Below are positions 1 through 10,539 of a stretch of DNA of 56,979 bases, in pieces; the first letter of the stretch is position 1; every line of letters starts with the position of its first letter. The notes under the pieces are model-generated. The model searched no databases. It was not told the DNA's origin and saw nothing but the letters and a program-made list of their open reading frames with translations. The stretch lies in NCBI GenBank assembly GCA_000934665.2, contig JYFJ02002445.1:1-56979 (forward strand). Reading direction: 5' to 3'. The DNA comes from Catajapyx aquilonaris. Lineage: Eukaryota. A program made the position numbers and the translations under genes.

Positions 1-34
1 CAACCACCACGTAGAAATGTAATGACACTGAGGG

Positions 35-128
35 GCTGGAGGAGGAGGCAGCGGGGGGAGGGAGAGAGAGAGGCAGCGGGGGGAGGGAGAGAGAGAGGGA
101 GAGGAGGGAGGGAGGGAGAGGAGGGAAG
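35..128. repeat. GA/GGGA-rich low-complexity purine tract
   Basis: Runs of GAGA, GGGA and a duplicated GGCAGCGGGGGGAGGGAGAGAGAG unit. Confidence 0.85.
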
Positions 129-317
129 GAATATGGTTTCCAAGGCAACTCAACAGCATTATTAGAACACAGGGGGCCAACTTCCAAAGTCCTTTACGCC
201 TCCTGTGGCCCAGGATGACCTCGGAGGTAAATTCCAATGCGCTAAGAACCTTCCCGGTAAAAAACTACCCCCGGTGATACCCCTGGGGCATATGTGGAGG
301 CCTCCGTATGGATCTGT

Positions 318-2754
318 TTAGGTGACAGACATCCAGACAGATATAGGTCTTGAAATATGTATTAGATTATCATTGGCACCTGTTCTCCAGGAAACGAACT
401 TCTCGGCGACGAAAACCAAAGTGATACAACAGTAGATAATGAAGGTGCCCAGGAAAAGGCCTTTCATCTGATTGTAATTCAGCGCAAGTGAAGGAGCTGG
501 CAGGAGATATCGCCTGTTCCTGGCCTCATAAACTTTGATGTCATACAGTGCGTCGAGGTTGTACTTGACATAATATCCCAGCAATCCGGCAGCCTGCATG
601 CGCAGAATAATGCAATCAAACCTCGGTAAGAGGATGTCGTGCTTAGCAAACATTGCAGATACCAGAAACGTTGTCGCCGTGAAGTCCAACCAGGTGAATG
701 GCATGTTTCCAGCCATGTCCAGGTGTTCATAAGCCGCCTCCATTAAGAAGAACGAGGCACTGATGCAGGAGTAGTCCTCCGTTAGCGTGCTCAACACGCA
801 TTCCTCAAGGGTGTCCCTCAGTTCCATGGAGTCAGCCAGTCTTCTGTGGCTCTCGTAAGCCGAATCGGCCAACAGGACCTGGGCTATTAGCCCATGAATA
901 GCCAAGCTTCCCCACCTCCATCCAGGTCGTGTTGTCAAATCATCAATATCCCTGAAACATACAAGTTTAAGATCGCAAGAGTGGGCTGACAGGGAATAAT
1001 AATTGATTGATTAGTCATTCCAGGGGATGTGAACAAAGTCGGCTGAATTCAAAAAGATCAAGGAATATCCTAACTTTGTGGCCGAGTTTTAAAACTATTG
1101 TAGGTTTACCTGGGAAGTGTCTCGTGATCCGGATTGGCCAGAAACCCGATCAACTTGGCGGTGTATCCACAGGTGATGACCACAGCGAATGTCCACCAGA
1201 GAGAGAGGAACATCCTGGCAGAGTGTGACATCGGGACAAGGTTTGGGTTCTCCTCGATCAGGGTCAGGAGGACATAGGTCAGGGAGTAAGGGAAGAGGGG
1301 AGGGGAGGGCTTGGGGAAGGGGGAGGTGACCTTCTTGGTGGTGACCAGGAGGAGAAGCCAGAGGAAGAGGCTTCCGATGATGCAGGAGATGGCGATCAGG
1401 AGCCACATTCCATTGGTGTAAGGGTGGATTATCACGTCCCAGGAATCGACTATTCGCGGCTGGCGGAAAAGAGCGGATCCGTATGAATTAATGAAAGGGT
1501 AAACATACTCTGCCACTTCCAAGGGACGTGTGAATATCACGGTGCCAGGAATAAAGTCGTATTCCCCGTACAGCAGTGACCCAACCATTCCCATCCACGT
1601 CCCGTCTTCCATCTTTGGGTCGATGGACACCGCGTTTTCCATTGCTGTCACTCGAAAGTCGAAATTTATGAAGGTGCTCAAATCCAAATACACGAGCTCA
1701 CCCGCGAGGAGGTATTTCCTCTGGAAGAACCGCTGCAAGATTGTGTCGTGATCCACTTCCACCTCCGTGGGATAAACACCAGACAGTGTTCTTCCCTGGA
1801 GGTCAAGTGTGAAATCTGGGAACAACTGGGTCACCATAGTGGCGTTTGAGTCTATCTCTACCATTTGAGGCTCCCCATTGTTGCAGAAGAAGCAGGTTGA
1901 TGAGAGTGAGAAGGTGTCCGTATCCACCACAAGCTTGAATCTGAAAAAAAAGGACATTCACGTTTTCCAAGTATCCTGCAACTGGTATCCCAACAAACTG
2001 GCTGCTGCTAAATTTGCTGCAAGTTTTGTTTTTAACAATTATATACAGTATTCGTTGTAAACAGTAAAGGACTGCAAAAATTGGCCACCACTCTCAGGAT
2101 AATTAATATTAAAATTCTGCAAGGTTCTTAGTGCCTGCTACTTCCATTTCAATGCAAAGATTGCCAAATCCCCATCGATCATCAAGGTCTTCTTGACTTA
2201 AGAGGATCGTAATTAACTGTTGCTCACCTGAGGATCCGTGAGTGTTGATGAGTGAGGATCTTGTCATGTCCACCATTCCTGGTGAAGAAGATGAAGCGAT
2301 GTTGACGAGTGTTGAGAAGAACAATCGCTGCAGTTTTCTCCATCAAAAGTTCGAAGTTCTCGTGACGAAGGAAGAAGACAAAGAAGGTGCAGTGAGCAGG
2401 AAGATGGGCGGTCGGACGATGCAACCAGTCGAACCAGTAGGTCACAGCTGAGGTGTGGTTGGCCGTGGGGTCATCAGGAACCTCGGTGACACTTTCAGCT
2501 TAAGAGTGGTCAAGCCGGATGAGCGGCATAATCATGCGTCCTTTCTCATAAATAATTTTGAGCCACTGACTCAGATGAGGAGGAAGAGTGAAGTAATCGT
2601 GAGCTAAGACAATCATGCAGGATGACTCCAGCTGCGATTCAATCCTCTCCAGAAGGTCAACCTCTTGTGTTACAGTTACGTTATCCAATGTGTTCAAGAA
2701 TGCTTTGACCGCAACGTTTGTCAGCAGCAGGAAGGTGATCAAGAGCTTGGACAT
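318..2754 (-). pseudogene. Divergent ionotropic receptor IR-A; full-length 3-exon frame with one in-frame TAA at codon 85 (pseudogene, null allele or readthrough candidate)
   Basis: Exons 2754-2228, 1940-1110, 951-318, with GT-AG phase-2 introns; total 1992 nt = 664 codons. Signal peptide MSKLLITFLLLTNVAVKA, S1 motif DGTWMGMVGSL, M1/pore, M2 GYTAKLIGFL (iGluR SYTANL equivalent), S2 and C-terminal TM LNYNQMKGLF. TAA at 2502-2500 where paralog IR-B has GAA. Confidence 0.88.
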
Positions 2755-3419
2755 CTTAACCAAAATCACGTGTGCCTAACTTCGTCCAAGGTCAGGCTGG
2801 TCAGCGTCTGCTGAAGTAGTCAGTTGAGTCAGAACGACCTCTCAAAAATGAAGTTTATAAGCACTCAGTCATTGATTTGTAAGACTTTACGTAACCTGTT
2901 TACCGCCGAATGGGTAATGCTTTTTAGCATGCAATTTTTAAACACATCCGTCAATTTTTATCATTTGTTTGTCATATGGCAGTGACTCAATAAATGAATA
3001 TTTCCTGTAAAGAGGGCCACATAGGCCTATTTTTAAATACGCTAATTTTACGCAGTTAGACTTGGACTGAATTTGAATCAGTTATTTAAAGATTCTCCTT
3101 TAGATTTTCCAAAATATTTTGTTAAGGCGGTTATGAAACTACAGGGTGCCAAATGTGCCAATTTTTGAGCATTTTTGCTTCGTATGCTTTCTTTTCTCGC
3201 CGCAAGGGAAGTGGATAATGAGTTACGGTCCTCTCACATCTGACGGCAGTACTGGCATCCTCAGTGGGAAGAGTTGGTAAGCAGGATTAGCCGCGACATT
3301 CAACACTGAACCAGGGGCTAGGCCGAGAACGTCAAAAGAAAGTGGCGGGGAGAATGAAACCAGTTTTTGATAATCTAATATTATTTTTTAAATTTATTAA
3401 AATAATCGCGGCCATCACC

Positions 3420-3468
3420 CTCGACCCCCACGGAGAAGGCTTCGCGACCCCCAGGTTGGGAACCACTG
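3420..3468. mobile_element. hAT (Charlie-like) terminal inverted repeat remnant
   Basis: AGGTTGGGAACCACTG (3453-3468) is the reverse complement of the Charlie-type TIR CAGTGGTTCCCAACCT, preceded by GCGACCCC subterminal motifs. No partner end found. Confidence 0.55.
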
Positions 3469-3864
3469 ATAGTTTAATACAGACACTGTCAAGTTCCATT
3501 GGCTGTTTATGATAAAGTGAAGTTATGAGCAGTTAGAAAAAAGTTATCCGAAAGGGTCCAAATAATTATTTAGATACATGTGTCCGAGTGCTTGCGAGTA
3601 GAGGCGGTAGAGATTGTGAATTTCTGTTCATACAATAATAAATAATTTGGGTTTTTCAAAATTGCAAAGGTATGGGTATATGTTGAGGTGGGCAAATGCA
3701 CCTTTCCCAGCCAATGCAAAGGTGGGATTGCAGATTGGTTGCAGGGTATAGGGAATCACAGATATGTGAATGCACGGAGGAACGGGTGAGGGTGCGGGGG
3801 GGGGGGTGGATATGATTGGCATCATCACTGGCAATAAGTCCGAATCGATTAAAAATATGGTGGG

Positions 3865-3948
3865 CACTGCAGGCCGCAGGCCTAGAAAAGAGCGAGCGCA
3901 GCGCGTGGTTTTCTAGGAAAATGTGAGCGGAGCGAGGGTTTTCCTAGT
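3865..3948 (+). mobile_element. Helitron-like 3' terminus
   Basis: GCAGGCCGCAGGCCTAGAAAA..GCGAGCG..GCG..GGTTTTCTAGG..GAGCGGAGCGA..TTTTCCTAG|T, with hairpins ending in CTAG-T. A related copy lies at 43504-43599. Confidence 0.55.
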
Positions 3949-4021
3949 ACAGTAAATAAAACAGGGTTTACAGTTGTTAATAGTGGTCATCGATTTTAAT
4001 TTTCCAGTTCATTATTCATTA

Positions 4022-6410
4022 TCATTGGCACCTGTGCTTTGTGCTCCAGGAAAAGAACTTCTCGGCGACAAAAACCAAAGTGATGCAACCGTGGATAATG
4101 AAGGTGCCCAGGAAAAGGCCTTTCATCTTATTGAAATTCAGCGCAAGTGAAGGCGTTGGCAGAGATATCGCCTGTTCCGGGCCTTATAAACTTTGATGTC
4201 GTACAGTGCGTCGAGGTTGTACCTGTCGTAATATTCCAGCAATCCGGCAGTCTCCATACGTAGAATAATGCAATCAAACCTCGGTAAAAGGATGTCGTGC
4301 TTAGCAAACATTGCTGAGATCAAAAACTTGGTTGCCGTGAAGTCCAACCAGGTGAATGGCATGTTTCCAGCCAAGTCCAGGTGTTCATAAGCCGCCTCCA
4401 TTAATAAGAACGAGGCACTGAGGCAGGAGTAGTCCTCCGTTAGAGTGTCCAATACGCATTCCTCAAGGGTGTCCCTCAGTTCCATAAGGTCAGCCAGGCT
4501 TCTGTGGCTCTCGTAATCCGAATCGGCCAACAGAGCCTGGGCTACTATCCCATGTAGAGCCAAGCTTCCCCACCTCCATCCAGGTCGTGTTGTCAAATCA
4601 TCAATATCCCTGGAACATACAAGGTGTTTCTCTGCACAAGTTTACGATCCCAAGAATGAGCGGACATGGAATAATTGATTGATTAGTCATTCCAGGGGAT
4701 GTGAACAAAGTCAGCTGAATTCAGAAACATTTAGGAATATCCAAACTTTGTGGCCGAGTTTTTAAAACTATTGTAGGCTTACCTGGGAAGTGTCTCGCGT
4801 TCCGGGTTGGCCAGAAACCCGATCAACTTGGCGGTGTATCCACAGGTGATGACCACTGCGAATGTCCACCAGAGAGAGAGGAACATCCTGGCAGAGTGTG
4901 ACCTCGGGAAAAGGTTTGGGTTCTCCTCGATCAGGGTCAGGAGGACATAGGTCAGGGAGTAAGGGAAGAGGGGAGGGGAGGGCTTGGGGAAGGGGGAGGT
5001 GACCTTCTTGGTGGTGACCAGGAGAAGAAGCCAGAGGAAGAGGCTTCCGATGATGCAGGATATGGCGATCAGGAGCCACATTCCGTAGGTGTATGGACGG
5101 ATTATCACGTCCCAGGAGTCGATTGTTCGCGGCTTCCGAAAGAGAGCTGATCCGTAGGAAGTAATGTATGGGTAACCATAGTCTACCACTTCCATGGGAA
5201 TGGTGAATGTCAAGCAGCCAGGAGCAAAGTCGCATTCCCCGTACAGCAGAGACCCGACCATTCCCATCCACGTCCCGTCTTCCATCTTTGGGTCTAAGGA
5301 CACTGCATTCTCCATCACTGTCACTTGAATGTCGAAATTCATGAAGGTTCTCAAATCCAAATACACGAGCTCACCGGCGAGGAGGTATTTCCTCTGGAAG
5401 AACCGCTGCAAGATTGTGGCTTGATCCACTTCAAAGTCCACGGGACAAATACCTGACAGGGTTCTTCCCTTAAGGTCAAGGGTGAAATCTGGGAACAGCT
5501 GGGTTACCATAGTGGCGTTTGAGGCTATCTCTACCATTTGAGGCTCCCCATTGTTGCAGAAGAAGCAGCGTGATGAGAGTGAGAAGGTGTCCGTGTCTAC
5601 AACAAGCTTGAATCTAAAAAAAGAGAGGACATTTACATTTTCCAAGTAGCGTGCAGCTGGTATCCCGACAACTGGCTGCTGGTCAATTCGCCGCGAGTTT
5701 TGTTTTAAACAATATACAGTATTCCTTGTAAACAATAAATGACTCCAAAAATTGGCCATTATCTACCACTCTCAGGAAAATTAAAATTCTGCATGGTTCT
5801 TAGTGCCTGCTATGGCCATTTCAATGTAAAGATTGCAAATCCCCCATCGATCATCAAGGTCTGCTTGATTTATGACAATTAATTAACTGTTGCTCACCTG
5901 AGGATGCATGAGTGTTGATGAGTGAGGATCTTTTCCTGTCCACCATTCCTGGTGAAGAAGATGAAGTGATGATGACGGGTGTTGAGAAGAACAGTCGCAG
6001 CAGTTTTCTCCATCAAAGGTTCGAAGTTCTCGTGACGAAGGAAGAAGACAAAGAAGGTGCAATGAGCAGGAGGATATGCGGTCGGACGATGCAACCAGTC
6101 GAACCAGTAGGTCGCAGCTGAGGTGTGGTTGGCCCTGGGGTCATCAGGAACCTCGGTGACACTTTCAGCTTCAGAGTGGTCAAGTCGGATGGGCATAATC
6201 ATGCGTCCTTTCTCAGAAATCGTTTTGAGCCACTGACTGAGATGAAGAGGAAGAGTGAAGTAATCGTGAGCCAAGACAATCATGCAAGATGATTCCAGCT
6301 GCGATTCAATCCTCTCCAGAAGATCAACCTCTTACGTTATCAAATGTGTTCAAGAATGCTTTGACCGCAACGTTTGTCAGCAGCAAGAAGGTGATCAAGA
6401 GCCTGCACAT
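4022..6410 (-). pseudogene. Ionotropic receptor IR-B pseudogene (recent tandem duplicate of IR-A)
   Basis: Exons 6410-5898, 5613-4783, 4609-~4022, colinear with IR-A including introns and upstream DNA. An 11-bp deletion near 6333 gives MCRLL...FDNVRG*. A 1-bp deletion near 4162 changes RYLLPAPS to RYLCQRLHLR*. Confidence 0.9.
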
Positions 6411-7000
6411 CTTAGCCAAAATCACGTGTGCCTAGCTTCGTCCAACGTCAGGCTGATCAGCGTCTACTGAAGTGGTCAGTTGAGTCAGAACGAACTCTAA
6501 AAAATGAAGTTGATAAGCCTTTTTTTACGGAAATGCGTTTGGAACAATTTGGTACTTATTTGGTAAACTATTCCCTCTATAGTCCAAATGCCACTGGGAG
6601 GTTGTGGTTTGGTGATTAAATATACAATGGCTCTAAGGTTACCTATTGTAAGGGCACATTCAGACGTTGATTTGTAAGATTACGTAACCTGTTTACCGGC
6701 GAATGGATAATGCTTTTTTCATGCAATTTTTAAACACGTGCGGTCAATTTTTATCCCGCTTTGTTTGTCATTTGGCAATGACTCAATAAATGAATATTTC
6801 CTGTAAAGTGGGCTATACATAGGCCTATTTTTAAATACGCTAATTTACCGCAATTAGACATGGACTGAATTTGAATCAGTAATTTAAACATTCCCCTTTA
6901 GATTTTCCAAAATAATGTTTTTGTTAAGGTGGTTGTGAAACTACAGGGTGCCAAATGTGCCTATTTTGGAGCATTTTTTCTCCGTACGCTGTCACTAACT

Positions 7001-7166
7001 CAAGGGGTTAACCACTCGACTGTAAAGTGTACACTGGAGTACCAAATTCAAGATGTACCAAGGAGTACCAAAGAGTAAGGTACCTAAGGAGTACCTGGGA
7101 GTACCACTGCACGTGTCCAGCGAAGTACCCTCAGTACCGAAGTGATTAATCCGAGTTAATCCCTTG
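7001..7166. mobile_element. ~165-bp MITE (CAAGGGGTTAACCACT TIR; hAT/P-type)
   Basis: Starts CAAGGGGTTAACCACT, ends ..GTTAATCCCTTG, with internal GGAGTACC repeats. Inverted copy at 52621-52768. No TSD at this copy. Confidence 0.8.
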
Positions 7167-7425
7167 CTTTCAGCTTCAGAGTGGTCATGTCTGATGGGCA
7201 TCAGGATCATGCGACCTTGCTCAGAAATGTGTCCGAACCATTATTTTGTTGAGATGAGGAGGAAGAGTAGAATAATCGTGAGCCAAGACAATCATGCAGG
7301 ATGACTCCAGCTGCGATTCAATCCTCCAGCAGGGTGACCTCTTCATGCACCAATTCAGATTCGTCAAAAAGTGCTTTGACTGCTACTTTTGTCAGCAGCA
7401 GGAATGCAATGAAGAGCCTGGACAT
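7167..7425 (-). pseudogene. IR-C remnant (5' part of exon 1 only)
   Basis: ATG at 7425 (MSRLFIAFLLLTKVAVKA..), homologous to IR-A/B exon 1 up to ..HDHSEAES. 2-bp frameshift near 7325. Truncated exactly at the MITE. Confidence 0.85.
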
Positions 7426-7877
7426 CTCCAAGAAAATCTGTCCTTTGCTTTTTCCAAAGTATTCTCGAAAGCGACTGCTGAAGTGGTCAGTTGACAAAGT
7501 GATGCAATTTGTTTGCGGATCTTTTACGGAAATTCATGAGCAGTTATAGGGTATTTATTGCCTGGAGTCTTAACATGTGACATAATTTACGGAATAGACT
7601 CCAATACACGGAGTTACACAATGTGTTCTTGCTAGAAGCGCAGATTCAGTCATTGATTTTTAAGAGTGAGTCTCTAAAAACTTGTTTGCCTCAGAATTGG
7701 TAATGTATTTTTTCTTGCAATATTTAATCACATCCGGCAATTTTCCATCTGTGTTTGCCACACGACAAAAAAACTCCATAAATGAATATTTCAGTCAAAG
7801 TGGGCCACGTAGGACTGTTGTTTGGATAATGGGTATCAGACTTCGACAGAATTGGGATAATCTTTAACCCTTTCATT

Positions 7878-8057
7878 AGGGCTGTCGGCTGTGCGATATC
7901 CGAAATTACATATCGACTTTCGATACTTAAAAAATATCGAATCGAAGTCGATATATCGAAAATCGAAAAACTGACATCGGAAAATATCGAAAACCGACAT
8001 CGAACCGACATCGAAAAATATCGAACCGACATCGAAAAATCGCGATATTCGATACAC
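7878..8057. mobile_element. hAT-type MITE end with ATCGA/ATATCGA subterminal repeats
   Basis: TAGGGCTG start followed by many tandem ATATCGA/ACATCGAA motifs. Confidence 0.6.
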
Positions 8058-8169
8058 TTTACTAACCTGCATAGTGTGCGTAATTACAAGGCGCAACCAC
8101 TTCAATTTAATAAAGCCAACTTAAACAGTTAATGGTCGTTGTCAATTATTTATAATTATTCAATAACTC

Positions 8170-9012
8170 ATTATTCATTGCCAAAATTTTGGATCTGCTG
8201 TACTTTGAGCTCGGGGAAACCAACTTTTCGGCTACAAAGACCAAAGTGATGCAACCCTAGCTAATGAGGATGCAGCCCAGGAAATAAGGAATTTCATCTG
8301 ATTGAAATTCAACCCAAGTGATGGGGTTGACAGCAGATACAGCTTGTTTCTGGCCACAAAAACTTCGATGTCGTATCATACAATGCGTCGAGGGTGTACT
8401 TGTCGTAATATTCCAGCAAACCGGCCGCTTCCATACAAAGATTAATGCAATCAAACATAGGTATAAAAGGATGTGCTTAGCAAACATTGCAGAGAGTAGA
8501 AACTTGGTCGCCGTGATAATTATGCAACCAAGTGAAGGGCAAATTTCCAATCATGTCCATTTGTCCAGGTGTTCATAAGCGGCCTCCATGATGAATATCG
8601 AGGCACTGAGGCAGGAGTAGTCCTCTGTAAAAGTGTCCAATGCGCATTCCTCAATGGTGTCTCTCAATTCCAAGAGGTCAGCCCAGCTTTCTGTGGCTCT
8701 CAAAATCAGATTCGACCAACAGGGCCTGGCCATGTAGAGCCAGGCTCCCCCATCACGTCCGTCTTGGCGGTGTCGTCAATTCCTCAATGTCCCTGAAACA
8801 CACAAGGTCATACACATGTCACACATGGCATACAATGTGATGATGATGATGATGAGGATGATGATGACGACGACGACGATGTTACAAGTTAGACTTTTTA
8901 AAACTATCGTACCTGGGAAGTGTCTCGTGATCCGGGTTGGCCAGGAACCCGATCAATTTGTGGGACCATCTGGGTCACCATCTTTGACTCGATCCATTGA
9001 CTCTACCATTTC
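8170..9012 (-). pseudogene. IR-D remnant (degenerate exon 3 plus internally deleted exon 2)
   Basis: Translates to ..LLELRDTIEECALDTFTEDYSCLSASIFIMEAAYEHLD.. and ..TATKFLLSAMFAKH.. with several frameshifts. The 3' end of exon 2 (8912-8958) is fused to bases resembling the exon-2 5' part. Confidence 0.85.
8838..8881. repeat. (GAT)n(GAC)n microsatellite in the IR-D intron
   Basis: GATGATGATGATGATGAGGATGATGATGACGACGACGACGATG. Confidence 0.9.
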
Positions 9013-10539
9013 CAAGGGGTTACGGTATAGGTATAATTTTTGTGGCTACTGATTTCCTCCAATTTTTAATGGTATTCGATTTATGGAATTTTCTGTCTAT
9101 AAGGTCATATTTACTTTTTTTCCGAAACTGCTATTGGAATAGAGAAAACAAAGGCAACCGTGAATATTTCCCAAGCAAATAATATGAATGCCACACGAAA
9201 GTAAGACTATTCACGAGACATTGACATATCAATGACCTCTCAAGCTAAGGCCAAGGTCAAGTGAAGATTTTTCCAATGCCAATTTCATATTATTATTATT
9301 CCCTGCCTCTGAGTCATTTGAAAATATCATTACTAGGGGAATATGAACTGATATGACCCTCTTATTCCTCTTGCGCACATACGTAAAAGGGGAGGGAATT
9401 GGAAATACGTACTACATCATAGTACACATTGTAATTTTCGATAACAGTGGCCTACACAAATGGCCATTTTTACGGAAGTCCGGAAGGGTCACGTCGCTCA
9501 AAACGCAAGGTGGGGGTCAACTATTTTCCAGCCTAAAATCTGAAAGCGCCGCTAGACACACGTAATCGCTTCATGCATATGTAAAGGAGAGTCTAGCGCA
9601 CACGATAGGCTATGTCCGGTTATTATGGATTAACATGGATGGGTTATACAGCTCTAATTTTCTCCCTAGAAAAGATTTTTCGACACTTGTTCTCGCTAAT
9701 TTCGATTTTTTTTTTAATGTGCAGAAAAATTGACGGAAAGTTTATCACAACCAGTTCAGACTGAGTCATTGACCTCCAAGACTACTAGTAGACTGTTTAC
9801 CTCCGAAAGGGTTATGAATTTTTGCATGCAGTATTTATTAAAGGGTATTCGCCCATTTTCAATTCCACATTTGGCATATATGCTGGCAATGACCCAAGAA
9901 ATAATGTAAGTTCAACCGCACTTCCAAGGTCGCGCTTAGCCTACTCTGTACGTATGTAAAAATAGTAATATGTGCCAACATTGCGTTTTACAAAATCCGG
10001 CTCAAAATCTCCATGTGAAAATAAATATTTTCACAGCTAGGTTTCGGATCAACAAAATATGCACTTTTTTGTCAGTTGCGATCACAAACATTCCTTCCAG
10101 ATTGGAAACCAAGTGTGTACTTATTGTGCAACACACAACTTCTCACCTGAGTTTTTTTTTTTTTTTTGCAAGGGTGACCAAAATATTTTTATTGCAAATA
10201 TTTTATCGCGAAATCAACATCATATCAAAACAGTAAGTACTGAATTATTTCCTGCATCGTAACTGCTGTGTCGAGCAGGATATCTATTCAAGTCTAGATG
10301 AATCACATAATTATTATGTTTAGCTGCAATTGACTGAACCACCCATACTATTTTAAATTGAAAGCAAGCGTCATTAAAGGCAATTACAGTGCGTACTGAA
10401 AAAAGTGCGACATGGTCCAATTGATAGCTTCAAAGTGTGAAATCTTCCCACATCTATGACAGCACTGTAGCCATAGCCAGTACAGGACCGGTACTGTACA
10501 CTTCAAAATGCTTTTTTGTCCAAGGTCATATTCACACGA

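Noticed and set aside
1095..1406. Alternative-frame ORF MAPDRH.. conserved in three IR copies
   Set aside because: By-product of GC3-rich codons and nucleotide identity in the converted tract; no independent coding evidence.
7040..7140. Spaced GGAGTACC repeats (and ATCGA repeats at 7900-8050) as a CRISPR-like array
   Set aside because: The repeats are 5-8 bp with tiny spacers inside MITEs, in a eukaryotic context with no cas genes.
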